From the NCBI GenBank assembly GCA_043228905.1, contig JBHGNT010000002.1, positions 26,722,001-26,786,000 on the forward strand: 64,000 nt of DNA, written 5' to 3'. The position numbers and the translations under genes were made by a program. Below, in pieces: positions 36,801 through 50,500 of the stretch. Each line of letters starts with the position of its first letter. Within the stretch, counting starts at the first letter, position 1. The notes below the pieces were generated by a model. That model was given only the letters and a program-made list of their open reading frames with translations. It made no database searches and was not told where the DNA came from. Origin of the DNA: Azolla caroliniana (taxonomy: Eukaryota > Plantae > Polypodiophyta).

Positions 36801-39052
36801 AACGTACTTTGCTTCACAACCAAAACTCACCGCAAAGCAAGCTCGGTGGCAAAGACTTCCTTGCCGGTTATGATTTCGACCTCAAGTACAAGCCCGGAAA
36901 GCAAAATGTGGTAGCCGATGCTCTTAGTCGAAGGGCCCATTTGGCGGTCATGCATGTGTTGGTTGATACTAATATGTTGCCAACCCTCAAGAGTGCACAT
37001 CATGGTGATGAATATGCACAAAAGTGTCTTCGTTCGTTTGCTAATGGTGAAAAGGTGACCCACCTATCTCTCAAAGATGGGGTGATCTACTTCAAGCAAC
37101 AAATACTCTATGTACCTCAAGTAGTGAGGAAAGAAGTAATGTATGAGTGTCATGACACATTGTGGACCGGACACCCCGGTGGGGATAAAACCATGGAAAT
37201 GTTGACTCGTAGGTACTTTTGGCCACACATGGACCAAGAAGTTCAAGCCTATGTGAGAGGATGCCAAGTGTGCCAACAAGACAAAGCCGAAAGATGCAAG
37301 CCCGCGGGATTGCTTCAACCCTTAAGCATCCCGAATCAACCATGGGAATCCCTTAGCATGGACTTCATAATAAGCTTGCCGGAGAGCCAAAACTACACGG
37401 GTATCTTCGTCGTCGTGGATCGACTTACGAAGTATGCTCACTTTGTGGCCTATGAAAGCCCCGCGAATGTTGAGTATGTGGCAAAACTTTTCTTTGCCAA
37501 TGTATTCAAATACCACGGTCTCCCAAGAGAGATTATTAGCGATCGTGATAGCCGCTTCACCGGTAAATTTTGGTCCACACTTTTTGCTTTGATGGGTACT
37601 AACCTCAAGTTTAGTAGTTCCTATCACCCACAGACTGATGGTCAAACGGAGAGGACTAATCAAATATTGGAGGATTACCTTCGCCATTATGTTAGCTTGG
37701 ATCAAAAGGATTGGTCCCAATACCTTGACATAGCGGAGTTCTCCTACAACCTCCATAAGCAAGATTCCACAGGATTTAGTCCCTTTGAACTCAATTATGG
37801 GTTCCAACCTTTGTCTCCCGGAGACCTTATGGCGTTACCCTTAGCTAGCATTGTTCCAAGTGCCAACATCACAATGAATAGGTGGTCCACTCGCCTCAAC
37901 CAAGCTAATGAGGCTATGGAGAAGGCTCAAGCTCGGTACAAGAAATATGCTGACCTCAAACGTAGGCATGAAGAATATGAAGTGGGTGACTTAGTGTTCG
38001 TCAAATTGGATAGCGAACAATTTATTCTTCCAAAGGGTATCACTCCAAAGCTTGCTCGACTGTACGATGGTCCCTTTCCCATCATCAAGAAATGATCTCC
38101 TTTGACTTACAAAGTCAAGCTACCGGAACACATGGGTGTTCATCCGGTGTTTCACATTTCCTTGCTCAAGAGGAGCTACATGGATGAAAACCATGAGGAA
38201 ATGGCGGTTCGAAGGGGTCCCGCTTTGGTGATTGACAAAGGTAGCGACTACGTCTTGGAGGCCATCCTTCGTCATTGGGATCGACCAAACCAAAATGGGC
38301 CTAATAGGCTCTACTATTGCCAATGGAAAGGCAAACCCACGGAAGAGAACTCGTGGCAACAAGGCGTGACCTTGTGGCAATTTGAAGATGTGGTTAATGC
38401 ATACAACTCCCATCACCCTTTTAAAATGAAAAGGGGACGCCTTCTTCAAAGGGGGGAATTGTAACACATCCGATGTGTTGAGGGGTTCCATGATTGGAAC
38501 CACAACACCCCACCTCGACGGATTGAGGTGAGGGCCTTTCTCGACGGATAGAGAAGGCGCCCATGACTCGAGGTAAGAGTCATGGCCTTCTAAGTCTTCT
38601 CGATGGATGGAGAAGACACCCATGACTCAAGGTGTGAGCATGGGGCTTATGGTACATGTACCATTCTCAAGGTAAGGTGCACATGGGGAATGTGACATCT
38701 AGTGCATTTAATACCATAGTACTCAAGTACCTAAGTGGGGAAAGGGAATCTCCCTAGGCATTTGAATAATCTTTAAATGAAGTCAACTACCTACGTGGAA
38801 GAAGGGAATCTCCCTAATGACTTCTATTAAATACCATTAGGACGGATGTAAGGTACTTATGTACTATATGGGAAAACTTATGAGAGAAAAGGAGGATCTT
38901 GTATATAAGTTGGACAGAGGGTGGTTGGGTGGAGTTCAACATATCCAAGTTCTCTCCCTTAATTATATTTTCCCTTAGTCAAAAAACATAGACATGCGAG
39001 TTCGAATCCAATCGGCGATCCACCCTTATCACGAAATTTCGGTGGTGTTACA
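33817..39052 (+). mobile_element. Full-length Ty3/gypsy chromovirus (Galadriel-like), inactivated
   Basis: LTRs 33817-34408 and 38460-39052 (tgtaac...gttaca), TSD tcccc, PBS tggtatcagagc (34409-34420), PPT before 38460. Contains gag (ENFIWDCEQFF..DAKLWWR, CFICQGDHFARDC), protease (VDTGAS), RT (YLDD), RNase H, integrase and chromodomain. Confidence 0.97.
34517..38464 (+). pseudogene. gag-pol polyprotein of the chromovirus, with stops, frameshifts and deletions
   Basis: Split into ORFs 34517-35761, 35623-35976, 35980-36873, 36809-38095 and 38102-38464. In-frame TGA at 35974 and 38093. The last segment has a chromodomain (YVLEAILRH...YYCQWKG..EENSW). Confidence 0.93.
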
Positions 39053-39099
39053 TCCCCCCCCCCCCCAATAAAAATATCCTCCATTGGTATTAAATAAAG

Positions 39100-40260
39100 T
39101 GGCCAAAGGCAATATACAACAAAATAGTCCAGTATTACAAAAATTCAACATAAACTAACAAACTATCGAACACTCGTGCAGCCAATAGTGGGCTCTTGAG
39201 ACTACATTCCAAACCAAATGTTCATCAACAAATTCTTAAGACCTATCTCGCATTCCACATTTCACATACATAGTGATATTTAGTTTTTCCCCCCAACATG
39301 TCCTTCTTCACAATGTCATCATAAATCTTTGTTCCTTTATTGATGGCTATCCTAGTAATATAGGCCTTGAAGATACAATTGTATGTGATGTCATCCAATA
39401 CGCATTGTGCAATTGGTCGAAGAAATCAAGAGTGTCTTCATTGCATCCATGTTGGAAGCAATCTTTGATGATCCTGAATCTATCATGATATTTTTGGCCT
39501 GTATGTTATCATCAAGATTCACTTCTTCAATATGCCCGGCATTGCCACCACTCTCAATCTTCAAATTGGTAAGCAGGTCAATATTCAGATTTAAAAGGGG
39601 CCTTCTTGTTTCACGTGTTTTTTTTTTGGTCACCCAATAAGGCATTGTATATTCCACATAAAGCGTTGGTTAGACTTGCTTTTCTTCCACAATATTTTTC
39701 AAAACTATTGTGGTTTGTGCCCTTGCTTTAGCCATATTTGCCTCTTTAGGCCAAAAGTTTCCCCTTATTAATGCCTTTAAGAATCGTTGACCAAAACCTA
39801 AACTCTTAGTCTTTTGGCTCATATTCTTCTACACCTAGTCATATTGCAACCATTGTCGAGTAACATATAACCCTAGCACATTTGGCTTGATTTGATCATT
39901 CATAAGATCTTTAGGGATTGATTTGTGACCTTATTCCTCCTATTAGGCTTTTTTCACACAATAGACTTTGCCACCACTCACGGATTAATTTATTCCCATG
40001 TTGGCTCATTGTTGCCACTTGTCAAAGAGACCACCACCCATACGAGTATTTCCCAAAATCCCGCAAGTATGTATAGTCAAGTCTCATCCTCAACTTCCCA
40101 TTTACTCACCATCAAAGGTCATTGCCCTTCATTACATTGTGTGATCACCATGTCTAAAAGGGCCAAAGTCATGAGGGTTAACATACCACACACATATGTC
40201 AATATTGGTTTCCTAAATGGCTATCTCATAGGAGGGAGTTTCATGGAGTAGTCATTATTT
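39100..40260 (-). mobile_element. Highly degraded retroelement gag-protease remnant
   Basis: IMIDSGSS aspartic-protease-like motif in ORF 39391-39657. Surrounding frames are broken. Confidence 0.35.
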
Positions 40261-41289
40261 TTTGAGTCACTTGATTCAAAAAGCAATATCTCAACACAAC
40301 AAAAAGCTGATAATGGGCTTAAGTGAGCACCATGGGCCATACAAAGTAGATTTATGGTTCCCTTGCAATGGAATCATTTAGCATATGTCCAATGTATGAG
40401 GCACTATATATTGAAATTAAAGAATTATAATGGATGTGGATGATATGGTTTCTATGGCACCGTTGAAGTCTACATGGATATGACAATGACAATCATGGGA
40501 ATTTGCAATTTTGTATGGGGCCAAAGATGAATCAAATGGACAAAGGGGTGTTTTTCTATCTCAAATGTGTTTAGTTGTCAAAATTTGACCAATCCGTCTT
40601 GTCAACACCTTTGTCGCGATATTTTTGTAAACATTAATGTGAGCTAACTCCAAAGGGGAGTTCTCACTTTCAACCAATTTCACAATTGACTTTTGGCATA
40701 AAATTCCTAACATGCAATTCTCACAAATTCATAACCATAATAACCAATATTATAAATTTTCTTTCCAACACATCTACATGCATCTCCCATGAGTGAGTAT
40801 GCCATACATTTGCATATGCTTTACCCTTTTGCTTATACACGACCAATGTGTTCACTGTTTAGCTCAAACAATATGTCTCCTCACTCAATGGACTCAATTC
40901 AATGAAGTCGATTACAATGAACCTTTGCCAAATGATGAAGGCATGGGTGTACTAGTTTATCCCATTTGATGATTCTTATTTAAATTGATATATCTACGGC
41001 AATCTTGGAGCCCTTCACTAGTCTCTTTAAGGTTGGGTGGTAGGGGATGTGCACATTGGGCACTTTCCAAAGGTTCTTGGGAACCTTAGAAACCAAACCG
41101 CTCCACAGAACTATTGTTATACATGGTTACCTTGGTGTAGGTTTGCTTTGTTAGACACATGGGAATATATATATGAGAATCATACACATTGGAAACTATT
41201 TAAAGTGTATATATATTGTACATGACTATATGCTACATATTTTTTAATCAATACAAAGGTTCACCACAGTGCCTTGGCATGACAAATCA

Positions 41290-43050
41290 CCAAGACGAGA
41301 CTAGTTGTCTACTCTACACAATGACTCTTAAAACTCAAATCAATTGGTTAAGGGTTTTGTTTAATTTCAAAAAATTTGCACATGATGGTTAGAGTGAACT
41401 TTTAGGCTCAAAATGGTTTTTAGTGAACTCAAATCAATTGGTTGAGGGTGAGCTTTATACAAGGGTTTTTGTTTAATTTTGAAATTTTGAACATGATGAC
41501 GAGAGTGAACTTTTACGCCCAAAACCTCGATTCAATGGTTTCTAGTGAACTCTATACAACGGTTGCTATTTAGCTCTACACAATAGTTTTGTTTTAGGTT
41601 TTGAACCTCAATACAATTTATTGCTTGAGAGCTCCACATGATGGTTCGTGTTCATGTTTGTGAAGAATTGGGTATGATTCTCGTGTAGCGGAAGAGATGT
41701 GTGTTATGTGTATGTGTGAGAGGAATTAGAGGACAGAAAAGAGAACACAAGATAGATAGAAAAAGGAATACTCAAGAAGAAGGTGTATATTCACAAGTAG
41801 AATAACAAATACAAAATGTAACATTACAAGGAGTCACAACCGACTTAGTATGAAGTATGAGGAGGGTGCTTTATATATAGTCACCCTCTCTCTTCGTTAA
41901 CTAACTACAACAACTACTCTCTCTTGGGGAATGTGAAGACTCATAGTCACGGGGAATATGTAACTCATTAGTTATGTGTCATAGAATATGATTTTATGAC
42001 ACATAGTTAATGTGTAGAGAGCAGTGGTGTGACTCTTGAACTTTGAGTAATCATAGATTCTCAAAAGGTGTGTTCACATGTTGCACTATGTTGAGCTTGA
42101 TTCTCAACAAATGTCGAAAACATAAACATTATAGTTCAAATCCATGTTGAAAAAATCAACATGATGGTGTCCAATGAGCTCTCTATTAACTTGCTAACAA
42201 CCGACAACTATAGTTGACAAACACAATAGTTGAATGTTCGAATCCAAACGTTTTGACAAAAGATTGTGGTGAAGAGATGGATTGATCAATGCTAGTCTTT
42301 CACCTAGACTAGTTACTATGATATACATGTGATCAACAATTAGATGCAATACAACTTGTGAAGTAGAGACCGTAGTCGAACATTTGACATTGACACAATT
42401 AGAAAAACTTACGACACAATGTAGTTGACACAATGGATACTCTAACTACTAAAATTTACTCAAAATACACAGATACAATTATAGTGCTCTCAGGCCCTTT
42501 TACAGGTGATTCGAGAGTCTCTCTTCCAAGATTACGCTTGCCTAATTCGGCAAGAACTACAACCAAAATTGTCCTAACAAACTTACTATATTTTATACTT
42601 GGCAAAATACATTATATTAGTTTATGTCCTTTTCATATTCTGATTTTGTCTTTGTCCTTAAGACTACTGTTCACATTGTCGACTCTGACTCAAACCCTTG
42701 GACTCTGGGTAGCCGATCGACTAACACTCTCTGTGATGTTTCTAATTGAGGTTTTAGAACATCAACAACATTATTGCTAATGAGCTCTACATAACGGTTC
42801 ATGTCGAGGTTTAAAACCTGAATGTGATGTTTTTGGTGGGCTCTACATGATGGTTGCATGTGAAATCTGTACAATGGTTCATCTTGAGGTTTAAAACGTC
42901 AATATGACGGTTTCAAATGGGCTCTACGATATGGTTGCATGTGAAGTCTACACAATGGTTCATCTCAAGGTTTAAAACCTCAATATAATGGTTTCAAATG
43001 GGCTTTACATGAACGCTTGAGTTTGAGGTTTAAAGCCTCGATGTGATGGT
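41290..43050. repeat. Degenerate satellite-like repeats (gagctctacatgatggtt...gaggtttaaaacctcaat), interrupted by a solo LTR
   Basis: Recurring ctctaca...atggtt and gaggtttaaaac motifs at 41300-41650 and 42745-43050. Confidence 0.65.
41659..42109 (-). mobile_element. Solo copia LTR, same family as 13219-13599
   Basis: Shares ggagggtgctttatatag, tcaccctctctcttc, gttatgtgtcatagaatatgatt and the terminus ttgagcttgattctcaaca. TSD is imperfect. Confidence 0.8.
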
Positions 43051-44335
43051 TTCCTATAATGTGCACACAATGAAAAAGTCCTTGAATGGTATCTTTTGAA
43101 TATTGTCTATTTACATAATGATTAAAGGTGATAACAACGAGTGGCTGTTTTTTGCGTTGTTGCATTAAATGGTTAAGAGAATCCTTAAAATATACACTCA
43201 AGCAATTTCATTGCACTAATATTGTATATCTTAGGACTAGATCGTATTGAGAAGGGAATATAGTTACTACCCTCGACTATTTAGTAGTACTAATCAACAG
43301 TTATGGTTAGACTTATTGTTAAGTAAATGGATTATGATAGCAATCAAGCTTTTTTTTTTTTTAATCAACGATAGAAATAGAGAAATGAACATTGCGGTGC
43401 ACTAATCTTCGTTGAAGATTATGTAAAGCTCACCACTAGCTTTGAGTAGTGGTTGCATGTACCGTAGATACCATAACATCTTATTTGTGACGTTTGGTTG
43501 ATACTTAACAAATGCTCGTTGCATTTGAGAAGTGTGGGATTAGAGTCAAGATAAAATCAATTATCCTCATAATATCTACATACACGGACAAATTGTATCC
43601 ATTAGACTTAGCCCCTATTAGCAAGTGTATAATGATTGGAACCGTATTAAACCAAAAAGTAGCAAAAAGGCCCTATTAGACTTGAAACTACTTTACCTTT
43701 CTTGAGTGCTCACAAAAGCTAAATGCATTCAATACTAATGAAACACATGGTCATTGATGCATTAAAAGGAAACAATCTCTTAGGCCATTCACTATCTTAG
43801 GGATTTGTAAAGGATTCGTGAAGAAGAGGGTGAAGGGCTTAAACATCTACCTAATTATATGCACATGGCCATCATTAGAAACAATAATGAAAAGCATTGG
43901 CGATGACTAGGCAGATGCATCGAGAGAAAGCAAAACCTTAGGAATTCGTAGAGTTCAACGAGAATGGGAGTTACGCAGCAAGGTGGGCCCGACTAACATC
44001 AGAAATGAAGCTAGACACGGTGGAGTCGACCGACACACATACACAGATGCACACACATCGAGAGTCAGGCGAGTGGCCGAAAGGCAACCGAAAACACTCT
44101 CTGTTTCTGCGCCGAGCGGCCAAAGAGAAGGCTATGAATGAAGTGAAGACACCAGGGAAGGCTTCAAACGCAAACGCTAAATGCGAGGGAGAGAGGAGTG
44201 TGTGTTGTGTTCAGTTCACACACACAGACCACACACACACACGCACGGAAGGAGACAAGCACCACATCACACGCCCACACACACACACACACACTCTTTC
44301 TCACCACCGTTTCTTAGGGATTAGGGAAGAAGAGA

Positions 44336-44378
44336 AAGAGAAGAAGAAGAAGAAGAAGAAGAAGAAGAAGAAGAAGAA
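44336..44378. repeat. (AAG)n microsatellite upstream of the eIF3a start
   Basis: Direct reading. Confidence 0.9.
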
Positions 44379-44574
44379 ACCCTTTTCTCTCTTTCTCTCT
44401 CGCCCCCTCCCCCTTCCTTACCTTACCTTACCTCCTTGCAGAAAACGCAGACACAGACGCAGACGCAGACGACGACGCCGACCTGGCCTCGCACCTTCTT
44501 CTTCTCCTCCTCCGAACGCCATCCCCCTCACCCCCCTGTACCAGATCTCTGTGTTCCCCCTCCCTCTGCTCGCC

Positions 44575-47500
44575 ATGGCGACTACCTTCGCCAAGCCCGA
44601 GAATGCTCTCAAGCGCGCTGAAGGTAGGGTTTCTGCTTGCTGTCCTCGTCCCCTTCCCTTCCTCTATCTCCTCTTTCTTACTTGAAAATTCATGCTCGTT
44701 TTACGTCTATGTATCTATGTCCATCCCTGTGCGAGATCGGAGCAGAGTTAGCAACCTATATTGCACTGGGAAAGATAACTTTTACAAGCTTCACGTTTGC
44801 TGTTAGACTTTGGATTTTTAAGTGTTTTAGTTACTCTCGTTTTTTGGTGTTTTACCTTTAACGGGCTCGAAAACTAGTACTTTCTCCTTCATTCACCTCC
44901 ATAGAGACGGGATACGATGTCCTACATATTATTAGATCTTACCGTATATATCAATATTAACTCTGGTTGTTGTATGATTCCTTGAATTAACTTGAGAAGT
45001 ATGGGAGATTACACGCTCACATGTAAATAAATCAGAGTTTGAATGCCGTATTTCTCATTGACCTAACTTGAAAACTATTGGAGCTGATATTACCTTTGTT
45101 GTAGATCTTTTTACGTATGTGCAAATCAAACTTTCAATGTTTTTTTATGTTTCCTTTAAATGACAAACTTTGGGAGATTGTTTTTCATATATGCATGTTA
45201 GATTTCAAATAACGATTTATGTTCCCTAGAAATGTCTAAAAAGCGATGAGCTGTAGTTTTCTCTTCACCTTTCACCCTATTACTTAGATGAAGACCTACA
45301 GGAAATAGTCTACATATTTGATCTTTCTACATGTACAAATTGGGGTGCTTCGATAACGATTATACAAATGAGAGTTTAGGCTTATTCTTCTCAGCATTTT
45401 AGTGTGGGACATGGACAACATATTATATATTTCTACATGTAAAAGATGGACTTTTCATACTGTTGCATGCTTCCTTGAAATCGAAATGGCTTGAGTACCA
45501 TAGATTTGGTGCTTGCATACTAGATCTTACCACATGTACCAATTAGACTTCAAATGCAGCACCATATTTAAAATGTTGTTTGGTTACTCAAAGTGAATTG
45601 TGAAGAATGAGAATTGTGGTATGAACATTCGGTAGTCTACATGTTCAGGTTATCCTTTGGATGTTGTATGCTTTTTTACTTCAAGCCTGGCAGCTACAGG
45701 AAAATTGCATGCGTGTTAACAATTATAGGATGATCTATAGGGGAAATGGTCTGAATTCATTGTCTTTCTAACAACACAAATCAGCCTTGGATAGCAGAGG
45801 TTAACTGTAGCATTTGGTATAAATGGTGGATGATCACAATTTTTTTGGAACTGAGTTGCTACCACTGTTTTGTAAGATTCCTGAAACTGAAATTAAAGAG
45901 AGTTTTCCTCAAGAAGATGCTCATCCATGCCTGAAAGATACTGGAATTGATGTGAGTGAATGACTATTGACTGTCATCCAGTGATAATTGAGCCGTTGGA
46001 GAGTTTTAACTTAATTCATTACAGTTTGGTTCAAATTTTAGTTTATATGCCCATATTTTCAATCCAAAAGAGCTATTATCAAAGCATTGCTGAATGGAAA
46101 GAGGAGCTTCACAAGCTATCCATGTCTTTTGGAAATTCTTCCCCCATTCTTTTTGGAACTGAGTTGCGACCATTGTTTTGTAAGCTTCCTGAAATTGAAA
46201 TTAAAGAGAGTTTTCCTCAAGAAGATGCTCATCCAAGCTTGAAAGATACTGGAAACTTGATTCATTACGGTTTGGTTCAAATTTTAGTTTATGTCCCCAT
46301 ATTTTTAATCCAAAAGAGCTATTATCAAAGCATTGCTGAATGGAAAAAGGAGCTTCACAAGCTATTCACGTCTTTTGGAAATTCTTCCCCCATTCAAGTG
46401 TTCTAACATTTAGCACTTCTGTTTACTTAATCCTGAAATCTCTTTTTGGTTGGGCTTCTAATTTTGCTTTATTTTCTTTCGTAGAGCTTATGAACGTTGG
46501 ACAAAAGCAAGCAGCCTTGCAAGCTTTGCACGACCTCATCACCTCAAAGCGTTACCGAGCATGGCAGAAAACCTTGGAAAAAATCATGTTCAAGTATATC
46601 GAACTATGTGTCGATATGAGAAAGGGCAGATTTGCCAAAGATGGGCTTATTCAGTACCGTATTGTATGCCAGCAAGTCAATGTTTCTTCACTGGAAGAAG
46701 TTATAAAATATTTTTTGCAACTCTCAAGTGAGAGAGCAGAGAAAGCCCAGGCGCAAGCAACAGCTGAAGTTACCTTGGATGTTGAGGATCTGGAGGCTGA
46801 GAAGAGGCCTGAAGATCTGATGGTTAGTTATGTCAGTGGTGAGAAAGGAAAAGAACGATCTGACAGAGAATTAGTTACCCCTTGGTTCAAATTTCTTTGG
46901 GAGACATATCGCACAGTGTTAGAAATTCTAAGGAACAACTCCAAATTGGAAGCCCTATACGCAGTAAGGTTTCTTGGGCCATCCACTATGTATAATGATT
47001 CTTATTTTTAATCTTCTTGTTTTTTAATGATTACATTTTATGCAGATGACTGCACATAGAGCTTTCCAATTTTGTCTTCAATACAAGAGAACAACCGAAT
47101 TTCGAAGACTGTGTGAAATTCTCCGCAATCATTTGAGCAATCTCAACAAGTATAGGGACCAAAGAGATAGGCCTGACCTGACATTGCCTGAGAGTCTGCA
47201 GCTATACCTTGATACCAGATTTGAACAACTAAAGGTTGCAACTGAACTAGAACTATGGCAGGTATTGGAAAGATCGTCTTAATACCTCTTTTGGCATTTT
47301 GCAATCTCAATTATAAAACTTTCCCTCAGTTCGTTTGGCTAGTCATCTTCTTCTTAGTATTTTCTCACATAATGATGTATGAAATTCTATTTATAACCAG
47401 GAAGCCTTCCGATCAGTGGAGGATATTCATGGTCTCATGATAATGGTTAAAAAGAGTCCAAAGCCTCAGATGATGGCTGTTTATTATGCAAAGTTGACAA

Positions 47501-50500
47501 AGATATTTTGGGTTGCAAATAGCAACTTGTTCCATGCTTATGCATGGTACAAGCTATACAACTTGCAAAAAAGTTATAACAAGAATTTGACACAAAAGGA
47601 CTTGCAGTTGATGGCATCATCAGTCTTGTTGGCAACCATATCAGTTCTACCTTATGATCACAAGCATGGGGCTTCTCACCTTGAGCTTGAAATGGAAAAG
47701 GATAGAAATGTACGCATGGCCAGCCTTCTTGGCTTCACATTGGACCCAAAGAAAGACGCAAGAGAAGTTGTAAGTTGATCATGTTGAGTCTTATAACTGT
47801 TCAAAGTTTATGAATTATTTCATTGTTTCTATTCTAAATTTCTGTCAAATTTTCATTCATTCCTTTTGTTGACACTCATGATTGTGATTTCTATTTTAAC
47901 AGCTGTCACGATCAGCTCTTCTTTCAGAACTTGTGAGTATTTTGTTCCAATAATAATAATAATTCTATATGAGTAGACAGTTGTTTAAACTGCTAGAGTT
48001 CTTATGTATTGATGAGAAATTCTTTTGTTATTTAGATCGCAAAAGGTGTCATGACATATGTCGCACCTGAGGTTAAGGATATATACAACCTTCTTGAGAC
48101 TGAGTTTCACCCTCTGGAACTTGCTGCCAAAGTCCAACCTTTACTTGCTAAGCTACCAAAAACCAGTGAGAAGCTGTCATCTGCTTCACCTATTCCTGAA
48201 GTTCTTTTGGAGCAGTATATTCCAGCTCTTGAAACATTGACTACCTTAAGAGTGTTGCAGCAGGTAATTTCCACAAATTTATATCGGCAATTCGACTGTT
48301 ATGAGTCACGACTTTGCACACATTTGACTCCCATAAAATGTTGATTCTGGATTTTGGATGTTTTAGGTTTCTCAAGTTTATAAAACGATGAAAATCGGGT
48401 CTCTTGTGAAGATGATTCCGTTTTCTGATTTCTCTGTGGTTGAAAAACATGCTGTTGATGCTGTGAAGTACAACTTTGTTCAAGCAAAGATTGATCATTT
48501 GAAAGGCGTAGTCCAGTTTGGAAGCCAGGTTTGCTTTAGATGTGTTGAATGTGTCGTAACTTACAATTCCATTATCAAGTTACTGATATTAGAATTTTGC
48601 TAGCAGGATTTAGAGTCTGAGAAAATGAAAAATCATCTCACAATTCTTGCAAAGCGCTTAAATAAAGCTGTTAGCTTAGTGGGTTCTTCAGTTCCTGAAA
48701 AAGCATCCAAGCAAGTTTTGCCGTACCCAGCTTTATGTGCAGCAGTTGAGAAAGAACATAAAAAGCTTCTCGCTAGGAAAGTCCTGATCGAGAGAAGAAA
48801 GGAAGAACAAGAAAGACTTATGCTTGAAATGGTAACTACTTATGTTTCTTCTACTCTTAGAATTTTCGATTCTGATTTCATCTAATTATCTATTCCTTTC
48901 TGAAGGAACGAGAAGAGGAGTCAAAGAGACAGAAACAGCAAAAGCTATCAGAGGAAGCCGAGGCAAAACGTCTAGCCGCAGAATCCGCAAAGCGGGAAGA
49001 GGCGCGAATCAGGAAGGAAATAGAAGAGAAAGAACTGGAAGAGGCAAGAATGCTCCTTGCGGAGGCAGAGCGCAAGAAGGGAAAGAAGGGCAAGAAAACA
49101 GCAGTAGATTCTGTAAGATATTTCAAAAGCTACTAAAGCATCATGTAGTTTTTGGATGAATACTCCTAGTTGGATTGAAATATTTAAATTCTCTTTCAGG
49201 ATGTAAAAGTTACAAAACAAAGCCTGATGGAAGAAGCTTTAAATGAGCAACAAAGGGAGAGACAAGAATTTGAAAGGAAAATTATGAAGCTTACAAAAAC
49301 AATGGACCATCTTGAGAGGGCAAAAAGAGAAGAAGAAGCCCCTTTGATTGAAGCTGCATATCAAAAAAGTCTCGAAGATGATGCAGTTTTCCATGAGCAA
49401 CAGCAACAGGTGAGTGTCTAGACTCTAAATCCACCCTTTTTGATACATTCGAGGATTTTTTAAGAATTTTATTTTGTGTCATTATTCAGCTTGCCATTGA
49501 GAAAAGCAAGGAGCAACATGTAGCTGATTTGGCCGAGAAAAACAGGCTTCTTCGCATGTTGGATGATAAGGTAATATTCAAGTGATTTAGATTACTTTCT
49601 GATGAGATGGAGAACGTTATGGTTGAGGTTGGAGATGGTTTCCATGCACAGAGCAAGTTTCAAGAACAGGTGGTGAGCCGAAGAAAGGATGAATTTGAGA
49701 GCAGGAAGAAGGAGAGAGATGAGAGGGTTGCTCAATTGAAACAGAAACGGTCCCAGGAACGTCTTCTGAGAAGGAAAATGGAGTATTATCGCCGACAAGA
49801 GGAAATCCGTATCGTGAAGCTAAGAGAAGAAGAGGCAGCAAGGAAAAAACAAGGTCTATATATTATAGATTGTTAATTTCTGGTTCTTTACTTGCAGAAA
49901 CGTTTTTCCAGATTCTATTTAGATGTCTTTGTAAATTGTGTGCTTATTATATTAGGATTTAATTCTTAGATTGCATGGAGGATGGAAACTCTGTTTACTT
50001 GTCTCTAGGAGCCTTCCTGAATAAGCACCAATCACGCGGTTAGGCATGTCCTATAGCTGTTTGCTATGTTATGGATGACCAAGCTGATCTTTAGTATTGG
50101 AGCTTCATACTTATGGTGTGCGTTTATATGTTTACTTTCTTTTTTCATAGTTCACTAGCTTTGGTGAAACAGATTGAGGTTTGCATTCTGTCCAAGTGTG
50201 CTTACATTTAGGCTATGCATTTATATGTTTACTGCCTTTTCTTGCAGAACTCCAGATTTTCATTGTTCTTCTGAATTGTCCTATTGAATGCCTTGTTTTT
50301 ATGTACTATAGTAAGTATATTTATATAGTTCTAGATGAAACTGAATTTGACGTGTGTAAGTCTGCATTCTATCTCTTTATGCTTACATTTAGGTTACATT
50401 CTCATTTGGGGTTATCTAGTTTGTACATGTGCTCTTTTTTTAAAACGTATTTATGTATGTACACATGGATATTAGATTCCTTAGATGAACTATTATTCAG

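Noticed and set aside
44005-44574. N-terminal extension of eIF3a (226-aa ORF)
   Set aside because: Composed of (CA)n, (AAG)n and pyrimidine-rich leader sequence. The conserved start is [10 protein letters not shown] at 44575 in a good Kozak context (gccATGG).
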